From: Candidatus Krumholzibacteriia bacterium
GTDB lineage: Bacteria > Krumholzibacteriota > Krumholzibacteriia > WVZY01
DNA: 47,652 nucleotides
Reading direction: 5' to 3'
Assembly: GCA_046754105.1 (NCBI GenBank)
Contig: JBHHVD010000010.1
Location: forward strand, 1 to 47,652
Under the pieces are notes generated by a model. That model had not been told where the DNA came from and searched no databases. It was given only the letters and a program-made list of their open reading frames with translations. Of the stretch, positions 36,497 through 45,852 are shown piece after piece; position 1 is the first letter of the stretch, and each line of letters starts with the position of its first letter. Position numbers and translations under genes: made by a program.

Positions 36497-37915
36497 ATGG
36501 AATTTGCAATCTACGTCATCGAACAGAATGATGTCGACAGAGCCCACATTCGGAGCCTCATAGAAAAGCTATCGCATCCGGTCCGAATTATGGATGCGGG
36601 CGAGCTCGATGCCGGCCGGTCGAAGATCGATATCGTAATCGTTGGGCTATCGGGCGAGGACCCGAGCATCTCCGACGTGCAGGCCAGACTCTCCCGCATT
36701 CGCTCGCTGTCACCGCGGGCCCAGGTCGTGCTCTGTACGCCACAGGACACGCAGGCGCTCGGAGCGGACATCCTCAACCTCGAAGCCCGCGCCTACCTGC
36801 TCAAACCCGTCGAACACGACGCATTCCTCTCGCTGCTCAACAAGATCCTCTCCCAGATGCAACGGCGCAAGCGAAGGGATGAGTACCTCAAGGGGACCCA
36901 GAAGTCCTCGCGCGTCAGCGAGGTGATCGGCCGCAGCAAGGCGATCCAGAGCGTGCTGTCCTTGATCGAACGCGTCGCGACCAGCGAAAGCACCTCCGTC
37001 CTGCTGCTCGGCGAAACGGGGACCGGCAAGAGCCTCTTTGCGGAAACCATCCACGAGCAAAGCGGCCGGACCGGCGGGCCGTTCATAGAAATCAACTGCG
37101 CCGCGCTGCCGCCGAATCTCCTGGAGAGCGAACTGTTCGGGTACGAGCCCGGGGCGTTCACCGACGCCAAGGAGCGCAAGATCGGCCTGATCGAGCTCGC
37201 CGACCACGGGACGCTGTTTCTGGACGAGATCACGGAAATCGACATGCAGACCCAGGCCAAGCTCCTGAAATTCCTGGATACCAAGCGGCTTCGTCGTCTC
37301 GGCGGCGCCCAGTCCATCGAGGTGGACGTGCGCATCGTCGCGGCGACCAACCGCGACATCCGGGATGAGGTCAAGGAACGGAGTTTCCGGGAAGACCTGT
37401 TCTACCGCCTCAACGTGGTCGAGGTTGCGATCCCTCCCCTTCGCGAGAGAAAAGAAGACATCGACATGATCGCAACGTATTACCTCGGCCACTACAAGAA
37501 GAAGTTCAAGAAACCGTACCTTCACTTCGCGCCCGACGCGCAGGCGCTACTGCGCGAATACCCGTGGCCCGGAAACGTCCGGGAGTTGATCAACGTCATC
37601 GAAAGAGCCGTTCTGCTCAGCCGCGACGCGACCATCAAGAAGGACGTTCTCCCCATCCGCAAGAGACCGGACCCGCACCTGATTTCGTTCTCGAAGGACT
37701 ACGACGATTTCGTCGTCAAGCTGCCGCCGCAGGGTCTCAGTCTCGACATGATCGAAAAGAAGGTCATCGAGGCCACTCTGGTAAAGACCGGCGGCAACGT
37801 CCTCAAGGCCTCGCAGCTGCTGGGCATGAGTCGCGGCGCGCTTCGTTACAAGCTGGCCAAGCACGATATCCACCCCCAGGATCTCGTCCGCCAGGCGGTC
37901 GGTGCGAAGAGCTGA
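36497..37915 (+). CDS. NtrC-like sigma-54 activator with atypical receiver domain
   Basis: Receiver-like N-terminus (YLLKP), GETGTGKS, GAFTDA, LFLDEI, WPGNVREL, Fis HTH; alternative start at 36458. Confidence 0.92.
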   Translation: MEFAIYVIEQNDVDRAHIRSLIEKLSHPVRIMDAGELDAGRSKIDIVIVGLSGEDPSISDVQARLSRIRSLSPRAQVVLCTPQDTQALGADILNLEARAYLLKPVEHDAFLSLLNKILSQMQRRKRRDEYLKGTQKSSRVSEVIGRSKAIQSVLSLIERVATSESTSVLLLGETGTGKSLFAETIHEQSGRTGGPFIEINCAALPPNLLESELFGYEPGAFTDAKERKIGLIELADHGTLFLDEITEIDMQTQAKLLKFLDTKRLRRLGGAQSIEVDVRIVAATNRDIRDEVKERSFREDLFYRLNVVEVAIPPLRERKEDIDMIATYYLGHYKKKFKKPYLHFAPDAQALLREYPWPGNVRELINVIERAVLLSRDATIKKDVLPIRKRPDPHLISFSKDYDDFVVKLPPQGLSLDMIEKKVIEATLVKTGGNVLKASQLLGMSRGALRYKLAKHDIHPQDLVRQAVGAKS

Positions 37916-37996
37916 CCGGCCCCCCGTTCGCGTCGCATCGCGGCCGGCAGGGCAAACCGGTCGACAACACGGCTCACCTCGCCTACAATCAAACCC

Positions 37997-38479
37997 ATGG
38001 CAGAAAAGAAGAGCCCGGGCGCGAGTGCTATAGAGACGCGCTACATACTCGCCCCTCACCAGGTCAACTCGTTCGGAACCGCGTTCGGCGGTGTTATCAT
38101 GTCGTGGATAGACATGGTAGCGGCGATGGCGGCGCAGCGCCACTGCCAGGGCGTCGTCGTTACAGCGAGTATCGATAAGATCTCGTTCAAGGCACCGATC
38201 CACGTCGGCGACCACGTGGTCCTGAAGGCGAGTGTCAACTACGTCGGTAAGACGTCGATGGAAGTTGGCGTCCGCGTCCACAAGGAGGACCCCGTCTCCG
38301 GAGAACAGGTGCGGACGACGACCGCTTACCTGACGTTCGTCCGGCTCGATCGCGACGGTTTGCCCCGTGAAGTTCCCCCTCTCGAGCCGAAGACCCCGGA
38401 CGAGAAGAGGCGCTACGGCAACGCGAAGCACCGCGTAGACGCACGAAGGGACCTGCTGAGCAAATTGAAGAGGGGTTGA
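37997..38479 (+). CDS. Acyl-CoA thioesterase (hotdog fold, YciA-like)
   Basis: N..G..FGG..MSWID, VVTASID...F..P, VG.TSMEVGV. Confidence 0.92.
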   Translation: MAEKKSPGASAIETRYILAPHQVNSFGTAFGGVIMSWIDMVAAMAAQRHCQGVVVTASIDKISFKAPIHVGDHVVLKASVNYVGKTSMEVGVRVHKEDPVSGEQVRTTTAYLTFVRLDRDGLPREVPPLEPKTPDEKRRYGNAKHRVDARRDLLSKLKRG

Positions 38480-38501
38480 GCGGGGGTGCCGCGGGCGGTG
38501 A

Positions 38502-39065
38502 TCAGCGACCCGGCGACATGTGTCGTTCGATAATCTCCTCGGCCTCGTGACCGGCCAGGGTGCCCGCTTCGAGGAGGCGCTCGCCCAGGGCCGTCACCGC
38601 TCGCCTCACTTCTTTTCGGGCGAAAAATCGCCGCACGCGCGCCTCTACTCCCTCGAGCCGCACCTTCCGTCCGCCCGTGGCGCCGGGGATCGCTTCCAGC
38701 AACCGGCCCGCCTCGGCGATTCGCTTCTTGCACACCGCGTCCCGCGGCTCTTTGCCGGCGAAAATGCGCTGCGCCACGACCCCGGCGATCACGACGGTCG
38801 CGAGTCTCTCGACCAGCCGGCGCGAGTCCGCCGATCGAATCCAATCGAAGTCGACGTTGCGAAGCGCGTGATTCCACACGTTGCGTCCCGCGCCCCTACC
38901 GTTGGCGAAAATGGAAACCGGCATCAACAGGACGGCCCCGTCCCAGGCGGCGACGGCATGCCCCGCTTCCCGGTACGCCGCGGCCCTGTGCGCATCCGTC
39001 CGCTGTTTCTTACGGGTAGCGCCCATTCGACTCATCTCCATAAACGCAGTGCCGCGGGAAATCAC
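38502..39065 (-). CDS. Stand-alone peptidase M41 (FtsH protease domain)-like protein with degenerate Zn motif
   Basis: AAYREAGHAV (FtsH: AYHEAGHA), IAGVVAQRIF, LGERLLEAGTL; GTGA overlap with the upstream gene. Confidence 0.65.
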   Translation of the reverse strand: MISRGTAFMEMSRMGATRKKQRTDAHRAAAYREAGHAVAAWDGAVLLMPVSIFANGRGAGRNVWNHALRNVDFDWIRSADSRRLVERLATVVIAGVVAQRIFAGKEPRDAVCKKRIAEAGRLLEAIPGATGGRKVRLEGVEARVRRFFARKEVRRAVTALGERLLEAGTLAGHEAEEIIERHMSPGR

Positions 39066-42000
39066 AGGTCGAACCCGAAGCCGAGGGTAAAATAATAGCT
39101 GAAGCCGCGATCCTGGGTAATCACGACGGGGATACTGAACCCTGGATCGACGAACGACACCGGATCGAGCGAATAGGCGGATACGAGGCTTATCGCGGTG
39201 GGAAACACGTAGAACGAACCGAGGCTCAGGCGCAGCTCGTAGCCCACCGATCGCTTGTAGTCATTGGTCTTGAACCCGCTTTCGGTCCAGGCGTTGGCGG
39301 CCTCGAAGAAAACCCCACCGTAGAGATCGCGGAAGTAAAGATGCAGGAACTGCTTGTTGATGTTCCTCTTGATGGGAAACCGGTAGGTAACGCTCGCCAG
39401 CGCGCCCCTTCTTCCACCGATAGTATAGTACGTATATCCGCGAATGCCGTCGCGCCCCCCGACGTAGAACCAGAAGAAATCGGAGACGTTCTCGTCGATC
39501 AGCGAGCCGTACAGCCGCAGGCGCAGGGAGTGCCTCAGGTAGGGCAAGCGAACGTACTCTCGCCAGTCCAGGGTGTACTGGTTGAAGTGGTTCTTGGTGA
39601 AGCTGGGCCGAAACCCGTAGATGAACTGCCCGTTCTCGAACAATTCGTCGAACGCGCGCATGAGTGATACCGTGATCGCCCGCCCCCCGCGCGGGTTGAT
39701 ATCGGTGTCCACCGACCGGGTGAGCTTGCGGTACGTGTAGCGGAGGTGGGCCTGGTCCGCGATATAGTATTTCCAACCGCCCTCGTCCCTGGCTACCTGG
39801 GTGGCACTCTGGTCGAACTGGTTCGCGATGACGTTGACGCTGTATTCGGCGTGCGTCCAGAAAAGCGCCAGCTCGTTCTGGCGTGTCAGCGAGAGCGCCG
39901 GTCCGAATTCCAGTTTGAGACCGAGGTCCGCCTCCCATACGTCATACCGGAGGTCAAAATTGAACTTACTCCTGAAGGTCGCGCTCACGGGATCTTCATC
40001 AATAATTCCGTTGGATTCGTCCCGCTCGCGCACCGCGAAGAAGTCGGCAAAGAATGTCGGGTAAAAATTCCGTATTTCGTAGTTGAGGAATACGTCGTAC
40101 TCGTTGTCGGTGCCGTAGGAGCCACCGAGGAAAAAGGACTGCTTGTCGAGGATCTCCAGGCTGTTCATGAACAGGCCGAACCGCGGCGTTCCATCCCAAA
40201 GAACGAATCGCGGGTAGAACTGAAACGGCGTGAAAGCGGGCTTGTATTTGGTGGCCGCCGAATCGGGAAGTGCCTGCCCCAACCCGATGCTCGCCCCCGT
40301 ATCCGTCCGGGCCGTCAGCGGCTCGGCGGGTGTAGATCGGGCGAGCTGGGTGGCGGCGTTGCCACCGGGCAGGGAGGCGGCCGCGCGCATTTTCCTGCAC
40401 TCGTCGAACGGCCCCGCCGTCCTCTCTTGATAGAGCGCTCGATCGAGGCTCGCCACCGGGTCCGAAATCCGATCGAGGTAGAAGACGCCGTAACCGTCTC
40501 CGTCGTATCTCGAATAGACCAGGCCCTCGCCCCGCGCCGTTGCCAGGTCGGGCAGGAAGGCGCCGCCGACTACGTCAGTCAATTGCTTCACTCGGCCGCT
40601 TTCCAGGTCGAGCTCGTAGATGTTGAAGATTCCGGAACGGTCCGAGGCAAAAACGATCGAGGCGCCCGACCGCGCCCAGCTCGCGTCCCGCTCGTCGCTG
40701 GGCGATCGCAGCTCGTAGCGAAAGTCTCCACCGTCGCTCGAGATCGAGGCGATATCCCTCGTGCCGGAGCTGAATACCCCGAAGAGGATCCGGTCCCCGT
40801 CCGGCGAGTACTGCGGGTTGTAGAGCTGGGCACCCTCCCCTGCCCAGTACAGCTCCCGGCGACCGCCGCCGTCGGCGTCCAGCCGAACCAGGCGATGCGT
40901 ACCATCGCTGTTGACGACGCACACGAGTTCCTTGCCGTCGGGCGAATAGGACGGGTCCGCGCCGCGCAGCCCCCTGGTCACGCGCGTCTCCTTGTGCGAG
41001 GCGAGATCGTGGACGAAGAGGTCGTTTACCGTGGAACCGTAACGGTCCACCTTGACCTTTCGTGAATACACGATCTTGCCGTCGTCGGGTGAAAACTGCG
41101 GGCGAGAACTCACGCCTCCCCTCAACACCTTCTTGTTCTTACCGCTGCGGTCCACGAGGTAAAGGGCGGTTCCCGCAAATTCGCTGCCCTCGTTCGAGAG
41201 AAACGCGATCCTGGATCCATCGCGGTTGAAAACCGGCGCCGTCGTCATGAAACCGCCGCCCGCTATCTCGCGGCCTTCTCTCGGAACCAGGTCACGGATT
41301 TGCTCGTCGTAGCGCTTCTTCAAATACGATTTCCAGTTTTCGTAGAGTTCCTCGCCCGGACTTCCCGTGACCTTCTTAAGGGCGCCGTCTATGTTGAACC
41401 GCCTCGGCGACTTCATCTCCCTCGTGATATCCGCGATCGCGCCGGGCCCGTACTGGGACACGATAAAGTTGACCAGGCCGTAGCCGTGATCGTACACCTG
41501 TTCGCTTTGCAGTCCGCCCTTGCCGAAGAAACTCATCTCGTCGTAGCTGAGCATCTTGTCCTCCAGCACGGCGCAGCGCAGGATCATATCGCGGTGGGCG
41601 TCCCAGCAGTCGTACTGCCTGGCCGGCGACTGGTACTGTGCGATACCCTCTGCGAACCAGGGGGGCATCAACACGCCGGAGAACGGGTAAGAAATGATGT
41701 TATTGGGGTAGCCGTTGAGCACGTCCGATCGTTTCTCGTCCTCGAATCCGATGAGCTGCAGGTAGACGGCGGGGAAGCGCTTGGGCATCCTCGTCGAGGC
41801 CTGGATCGAGATGATGTGCGCGTACTCGTGCGTTACGACGTTGCGTACCCATTCGGTCGTCCCGCGAAAACCGAACTCGAGGTTCGTCGCCCAGATCTCG
41901 ACCTTGTTCTCGTAGAAGAACGCTGCTCCGTTGGCGTAGTCGCTGTTGTCCCGGATGACGAAGTGCACGGGCGTGTCGGGTTCGTAATCGTAGAGGTCGG

Positions 42001-42199
42001 TAAGCGGACCGTGCACTTCTTCGGCCACTTCGGCCACGCGCCGGGCCGTCCACTCCGCGCCCTCGGGAAAATGGACCTCGAAGTGCTCCGTCCTGATCGT
42101 CTTCCACTCGAGCGGCGGGTTGTTATACGCGAATACGGAGGGAGCAGGACACAGCAAGATCAGACCGACGGTCGCATATAGGTAGTTTCGAATTCGCAT
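39062..42199 (-). CDS. Large exported protein: gluzincin-like domain, PD40/TolB-like propeller, Omp85-like beta-barrel
   Basis: Signal peptide; WKTIRTEHF, HEYAH...WFAEGIA; repeated P.FSPDG; GG..GIRGY and terminal FTLGFGFDL. Confidence 0.8.
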   Translation of the reverse strand: MRIRNYLYATVGLILLCPAPSVFAYNNPPLEWKTIRTEHFEVHFPEGAEWTARRVAEVAEEVHGPLTDLYDYEPDTPVHFVIRDNSDYANGAAFFYENKVEIWATNLEFGFRGTTEWVRNVVTHEYAHIISIQASTRMPKRFPAVYLQLIGFEDEKRSDVLNGYPNNIISYPFSGVLMPPWFAEGIAQYQSPARQYDCWDAHRDMILRCAVLEDKMLSYDEMSFFGKGGLQSEQVYDHGYGLVNFIVSQYGPGAIADITREMKSPRRFNIDGALKKVTGSPGEELYENWKSYLKKRYDEQIRDLVPREGREIAGGGFMTTAPVFNRDGSRIAFLSNEGSEFAGTALYLVDRSGKNKKVLRGGVSSRPQFSPDDGKIVYSRKVKVDRYGSTVNDLFVHDLASHKETRVTRGLRGADPSYSPDGKELVCVVNSDGTHRLVRLDADGGGRRELYWAGEGAQLYNPQYSPDGDRILFGVFSSGTRDIASISSDGGDFRYELRSPSDERDASWARSGASIVFASDRSGIFNIYELDLESGRVKQLTDVVGGAFLPDLATARGEGLVYSRYDGDGYGVFYLDRISDPVASLDRALYQERTAGPFDECRKMRAAASLPGGNAATQLARSTPAEPLTARTDTGASIGLGQALPDSAATKYKPAFTPFQFYPRFVLWDGTPRFGLFMNSLEILDKQSFFLGGSYGTDNEYDVFLNYEIRNFYPTFFADFFAVRERDESNGIIDEDPVSATFRSKFNFDLRYDVWEADLGLKLEFGPALSLTRQNELALFWTHAEYSVNVIANQFDQSATQVARDEGGWKYYIADQAHLRYTYRKLTRSVDTDINPRGGRAITVSLMRAFDELFENGQFIYGFRPSFTKNHFNQYTLDWREYVRLPYLRHSLRLRLYGSLIDENVSDFFWFYVGGRDGIRGYTYYTIGGRRGALASVTYRFPIKRNINKQFLHLYFRDLYGGVFFEAANAWTESGFKTNDYKRSVGYELRLSLGSFYVFPTAISLVSAYSLDPVSFVDPGFSIPVVITQDRGFSYYFTLGFGFDL

Positions 42200-42341
42200 C
42201 GGGTCTTCGCGTCGTAATCGTGGGCCATCCGGGGTGACCGGGGGCCGCCGACTTTCTATTCACCAGGGGGTTGGGCAAACCAGGCAGGAGGGTGCCGATC
42301 GGGCTGCCACCAGGTGAAGATACGCCGCAACTGCTGGATTG

Positions 42342-44765
42342 TCAATAGCTCCCCTCGTCCCGAGGGAAGAGCTCCACGATTGCGGATGGCGAGTCTTGTT
42401 CGCCAGATTCCTCCATTTCGTGCAGGAGGCCCTGCAACCGGATCAGGCGGATCTGGTCGGATTTGATCTGGGGCTGGAGCGCGTCGACGACCTCTTTCTT
42501 TGCGGAAAAATAGACAATCTGCCAACCCTTATCACTGAGTGTCGTGAGCAAAGCCAATTGGTCGTGAAGCCGGTCGATGTCGGACTTGACGAAGGCGTCG
42601 TCGAGTAGAAAGAAACCGCGTCCACCCTCCAGGATACCTTCCGCGACGGACAGCCGGATGGCCAGGTAGAGCTGGTCAAAGGTACCGCCGGAGAGTTTCC
42701 CGGCGGATATCACGGCACCCCCGGCTTCGCGGGCACTGATCCGGCTCCGCACCGGGTCAAAAATCACTTCATCGTATCGCCCGCCGGTCATGGTCTTGAA
42801 ATGCCTGGACACCGGCCGGTTGGCCCCGAAGAGCTCAGAGACCTTTGACCTGTCCTCCGATTCGATATCTTCGAAAATCCTCAGCACCTGCTGGGCGTCG
42901 TCGCGGTCCTTTTCAACGTCGTCGACAAAGGCCTTCAGGGTCCGTTTCATCTCGTTGAGATCGCTGATGGTCCGGCACACGACCTTGTGGCTGGTCAGCA
43001 CCGCGGAATGAGTGATTTTCAACTCAAGGTCTCTCAATTCCTTGCGGCCCAGGTTCAGCTGGTCGACGATCTCAACCGCTTGCTCCTTCAGCGTCTCTAT
43101 CTCTCTTTCGAAAGCAGCCACCAGGTCTGGACCGAAATCCTGCTTCTCGCCCCCGGCCGCGCTCGACGACAAGTGGCGCTCGATCTCGGCCTCCCAGAAC
43201 TGCATCATGTGTTCTTCGTTCTTCTTCCCTCCAAGCATTCTCGACAGCATTGAGCGTAGCGATTTCGCGCGGGTTTCGCTGTCACGCTTCATCTTCAACG
43301 CCTTCCGGTAGTCTTCCAGCGTGGCGATACCCGACTTTATCTTGAGCGTGCTCAGCGAGTCCTCGACCTTGTCCAGGTTTTCTTTGTGAACGCGCGTGCG
43401 CTGTGCAAGCGAGAAGAGATCTCCCGTCAGAACGCTCTTGCCGATATCGGCGTCCCTGAGTTTTCTCTGTTCGATTTCCAGCTCTTTCTCACCGGGCTTC
43501 TCCAGGATCGTGCCCGGATGGACGTCGTCCGGCGAGTCGATCACGACTCCGAATTTCTTGCCGGCGTCCCGCAGCTCTTCGAACGCGGCCCGGAAGCGCG
43601 CATCCGCTTTCTCGAGCCGGTACACCTGGGCGGCCGCCAGGACCGACAGGATGAGAAACAGTCCCAGGCAACCGAACAGTACTGGCGCCTGCACGTAAAG
43701 ACTCCCGCCCACCGACATGACCAACAGCAACGTCGACACGCGCGTCGCCCATTTCCAGAACTTCGCGTGGGATTGTCCCTCGATACGCGCTTTCTTGAGA
43801 GACTGCCAGCGGACGAGTTTCGGCTCCAGCTCTTCGGCGAACCCTGTGTGGCTCCTCCTGAGCGCCTCGACTTTGGCGCGCGCTTCGGCATACGCCGTGG
43901 TAATCTTCTCGAGCCGTATCTCCTTCTGGCGGCGTTGCTCCTCCACCGTTCTCAACACGTCCTCGTCCCGCTTGCGGTCGAGGGCTAGCTCCCGCCATTT
44001 CTCCATGTCCCTTTCGTTGACCTCGCTGATTTCGCTCAACGATTCCAGGGCCCCTTTGAGCTCGACCAGGTCCTCCTGTGCCTTCTGGTACTTGCCCCGG
44101 ATCTCGGCCTCACGGAAGGATTTCAACTGCTCTTCCTTGGCCTTGAGGCGGTCCCTGGTCTCGACCAGCCTGCGTTCCAGCGCGTCGAACCCGCTGTTCT
44201 GAAAAAGGGGAAGCTTCCTGTCGATCTCGGTGATGAAGCCGCGCGCGGCCCGCACCTTTCGCGCCGCGTGCTCCGCCGCTGCGCTGTCGGAGAGGTCGGC
44301 CTCGGAGCTGGGGTTGGTCAAGCGGCCCTTTGCCTGCAGTACCTGTTTGATTTTGTCGATTTCCGACGTCCTCAACCCCGCGAGCTTCTCGGACACGGCG
44401 ACGTAGTAGTTCTTCTCGTCTACGATGCTCAGGTCGCTGTCACGGACCACAAAAATGTTCCGAAAGTCAATCGGCGTAATCGGCACGTGGTCCGACAACG
44501 ACTCTTTCCTGGCCAGATTGATCTCACGGCCGTCGCTCTCGAGCACGAGGAACCCCTCCGGCTGCTCGCCGACGCGTTCGATGTTGCCGAAGTGTTTCGA
44601 CTGGCGTTTCAGGTCCTTCTTGAAGAGCAGCTTGAGAATGGCATCGAGCAGAAGGGTCTTGCCCTGTTCGTTGGCGCCGTGGATTAGCGTGAAGTTGGCC
44701 AGGTCTCGCTCGTAGAAATCCACCAGCGGCCCGTAGCGGTCGATTCGAATGCACTTAATCCGCAA
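42342..44765 (-). CDS. Rad50/SbcC-like SMC ATPase (YhaN-type) with central TM hairpin
   Basis: Walker A GANEQGKT, long coiled coils, signature LSGGT.DQLYLAIRL, Walker B LLDD. Confidence 0.88.
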   Translation of the reverse strand: MRIKCIRIDRYGPLVDFYERDLANFTLIHGANEQGKTLLLDAILKLLFKKDLKRQSKHFGNIERVGEQPEGFLVLESDGREINLARKESLSDHVPITPIDFRNIFVVRDSDLSIVDEKNYYVAVSEKLAGLRTSEIDKIKQVLQAKGRLTNPSSEADLSDSAAAEHAARKVRAARGFITEIDRKLPLFQNSGFDALERRLVETRDRLKAKEEQLKSFREAEIRGKYQKAQEDLVELKGALESLSEISEVNERDMEKWRELALDRKRDEDVLRTVEEQRRQKEIRLEKITTAYAEARAKVEALRRSHTGFAEELEPKLVRWQSLKKARIEGQSHAKFWKWATRVSTLLLVMSVGGSLYVQAPVLFGCLGLFLILSVLAAAQVYRLEKADARFRAAFEELRDAGKKFGVVIDSPDDVHPGTILEKPGEKELEIEQRKLRDADIGKSVLTGDLFSLAQRTRVHKENLDKVEDSLSTLKIKSGIATLEDYRKALKMKRDSETRAKSLRSMLSRMLGGKKNEEHMMQFWEAEIERHLSSSAAGGEKQDFGPDLVAAFEREIETLKEQAVEIVDQLNLGRKELRDLELKITHSAVLTSHKVVCRTISDLNEMKRTLKAFVDDVEKDRDDAQQVLRIFEDIESEDRSKVSELFGANRPVSRHFKTMTGGRYDEVIFDPVRSRISAREAGGAVISAGKLSGGTFDQLYLAIRLSVAEGILEGGRGFFLLDDAFVKSDIDRLHDQLALLTTLSDKGWQIVYFSAKKEVVDALQPQIKSDQIRLIRLQGLLHEMEESGEQDSPSAIVELFPRDEGSY

Positions 44766-45819
44766 CCGACGCCTCCATCATGCTCTCCATGGCCAGGCGC
44801 CGCAGCTCGCGCTTGACGCCCTCGGGCTGGCCGGCCGCCTCCAGTTTCTCGAGAAACCGGATAAACAGGCCGTTGCGCCGGACCGAGCTTATGTCCCGCC
44901 ATTGCGCCGACACCAGGTCAACTCGTGATGAGAGCCGCGATCGTACGGCGGCGGAAAATTCCTTTTCGGTTTTCCCGAGCATCTCCAGATCGACGAACCC
45001 GCTTACGGTCAACTGGACTCGGGCGTCCGGGTGCGACCCTCGCGTCTCGCGCTCGATGGTCTCCAGCGGGTCCTTCATGGAAAATGGATTCAGATAAACG
45101 TCGACGTCGCGGTAGTGAAAACTGTTAACGATCTCGGCCCTGGGTGGTTCTCCCACTTCAAAAAGGTTCACCTTGCGGATGCCGGTTTCTTTTTTCGTAA
45201 CGGACACCGGCGATCCAGGGTACACGAAGTAGCCGCCGCTGTAGCGCACTGCCTCGAAGTTCGAATGGAAATGCCCGGCAAGGACGTAATCTAATCCGAG
45301 GTTATCGAAGAACGACAGCCGCACGGGCATGTATCCGCTCCGTTCCTCGTCCCCAAAACTCTTGCCCGAGTAGCTCAGATCGAGCAGCTCTCCGTGGTAG
45401 AGCAGGATGTTGCTCGCAGCCGGGCGGATGCGGCTCTTGATCGACAGCAAGCGTTCGAGCACCCGCTCCCCCACGATTTTTTCGAACGGTAATCCAAAGA
45501 GCCGCACGTCGCCGATGTCGAGGTGGGTCTCGTGGCTCGCCATCACCGTCACGTTTTCGCCGTAATCGTCCCCGGCGCTGAGAGCCAGCACGTCGTGGTT
45601 GCCGGGCAGTATCACGACCGGACAATCCACTGACTGCATCAATTTCCGCAGCGGCACCTTCAACAGGTGGGCGTCGAGCTGGCGGCTAAAGAAATCGCCG
45701 GCGATGACGATGAGGGACACCCGGTGCGCCCGGGCTATTTCCAGAACCTTTTCCAGGGCGCTCCACCGCTCGTCACCAGTGGCCCTTAGATGCATATCAG
45801 CGGTATGCAGTATTTTCAT
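44755..45819 (-). CDS. Mre11/SbcD-like metallophosphoesterase (YhaO-type)
   Basis: HTADMH, AGD, PGNHD, YHG, AGHFH, YPGSP; overlaps the ATPase start. Confidence 0.9.
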   Translation of the reverse strand: MKILHTADMHLRATGDERWSALEKVLEIARAHRVSLIVIAGDFFSRQLDAHLLKVPLRKLMQSVDCPVVILPGNHDVLALSAGDDYGENVTVMASHETHLDIGDVRLFGLPFEKIVGERVLERLLSIKSRIRPAASNILLYHGELLDLSYSGKSFGDEERSGYMPVRLSFFDNLGLDYVLAGHFHSNFEAVRYSGGYFVYPGSPVSVTKKETGIRKVNLFEVGEPPRAEIVNSFHYRDVDVYLNPFSMKDPLETIERETRGSHPDARVQLTVSGFVDLEMLGKTEKEFSAAVRSRLSSRVDLVSAQWRDISSVRRNGLFIRFLEKLEAAGQPEGVKRELRRLAMESMMEASVAD

Positions 45820-45852
45820 GGGCGTCAGTATAAGATAAACCCCGGTTGTCGG

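Noticed and set aside
42282..42297. CGGCAC...TGC on the minus strand upstream of the 1045-aa gene
   Set aside because: GG-to-GC spacing is 9 rather than the required 10.
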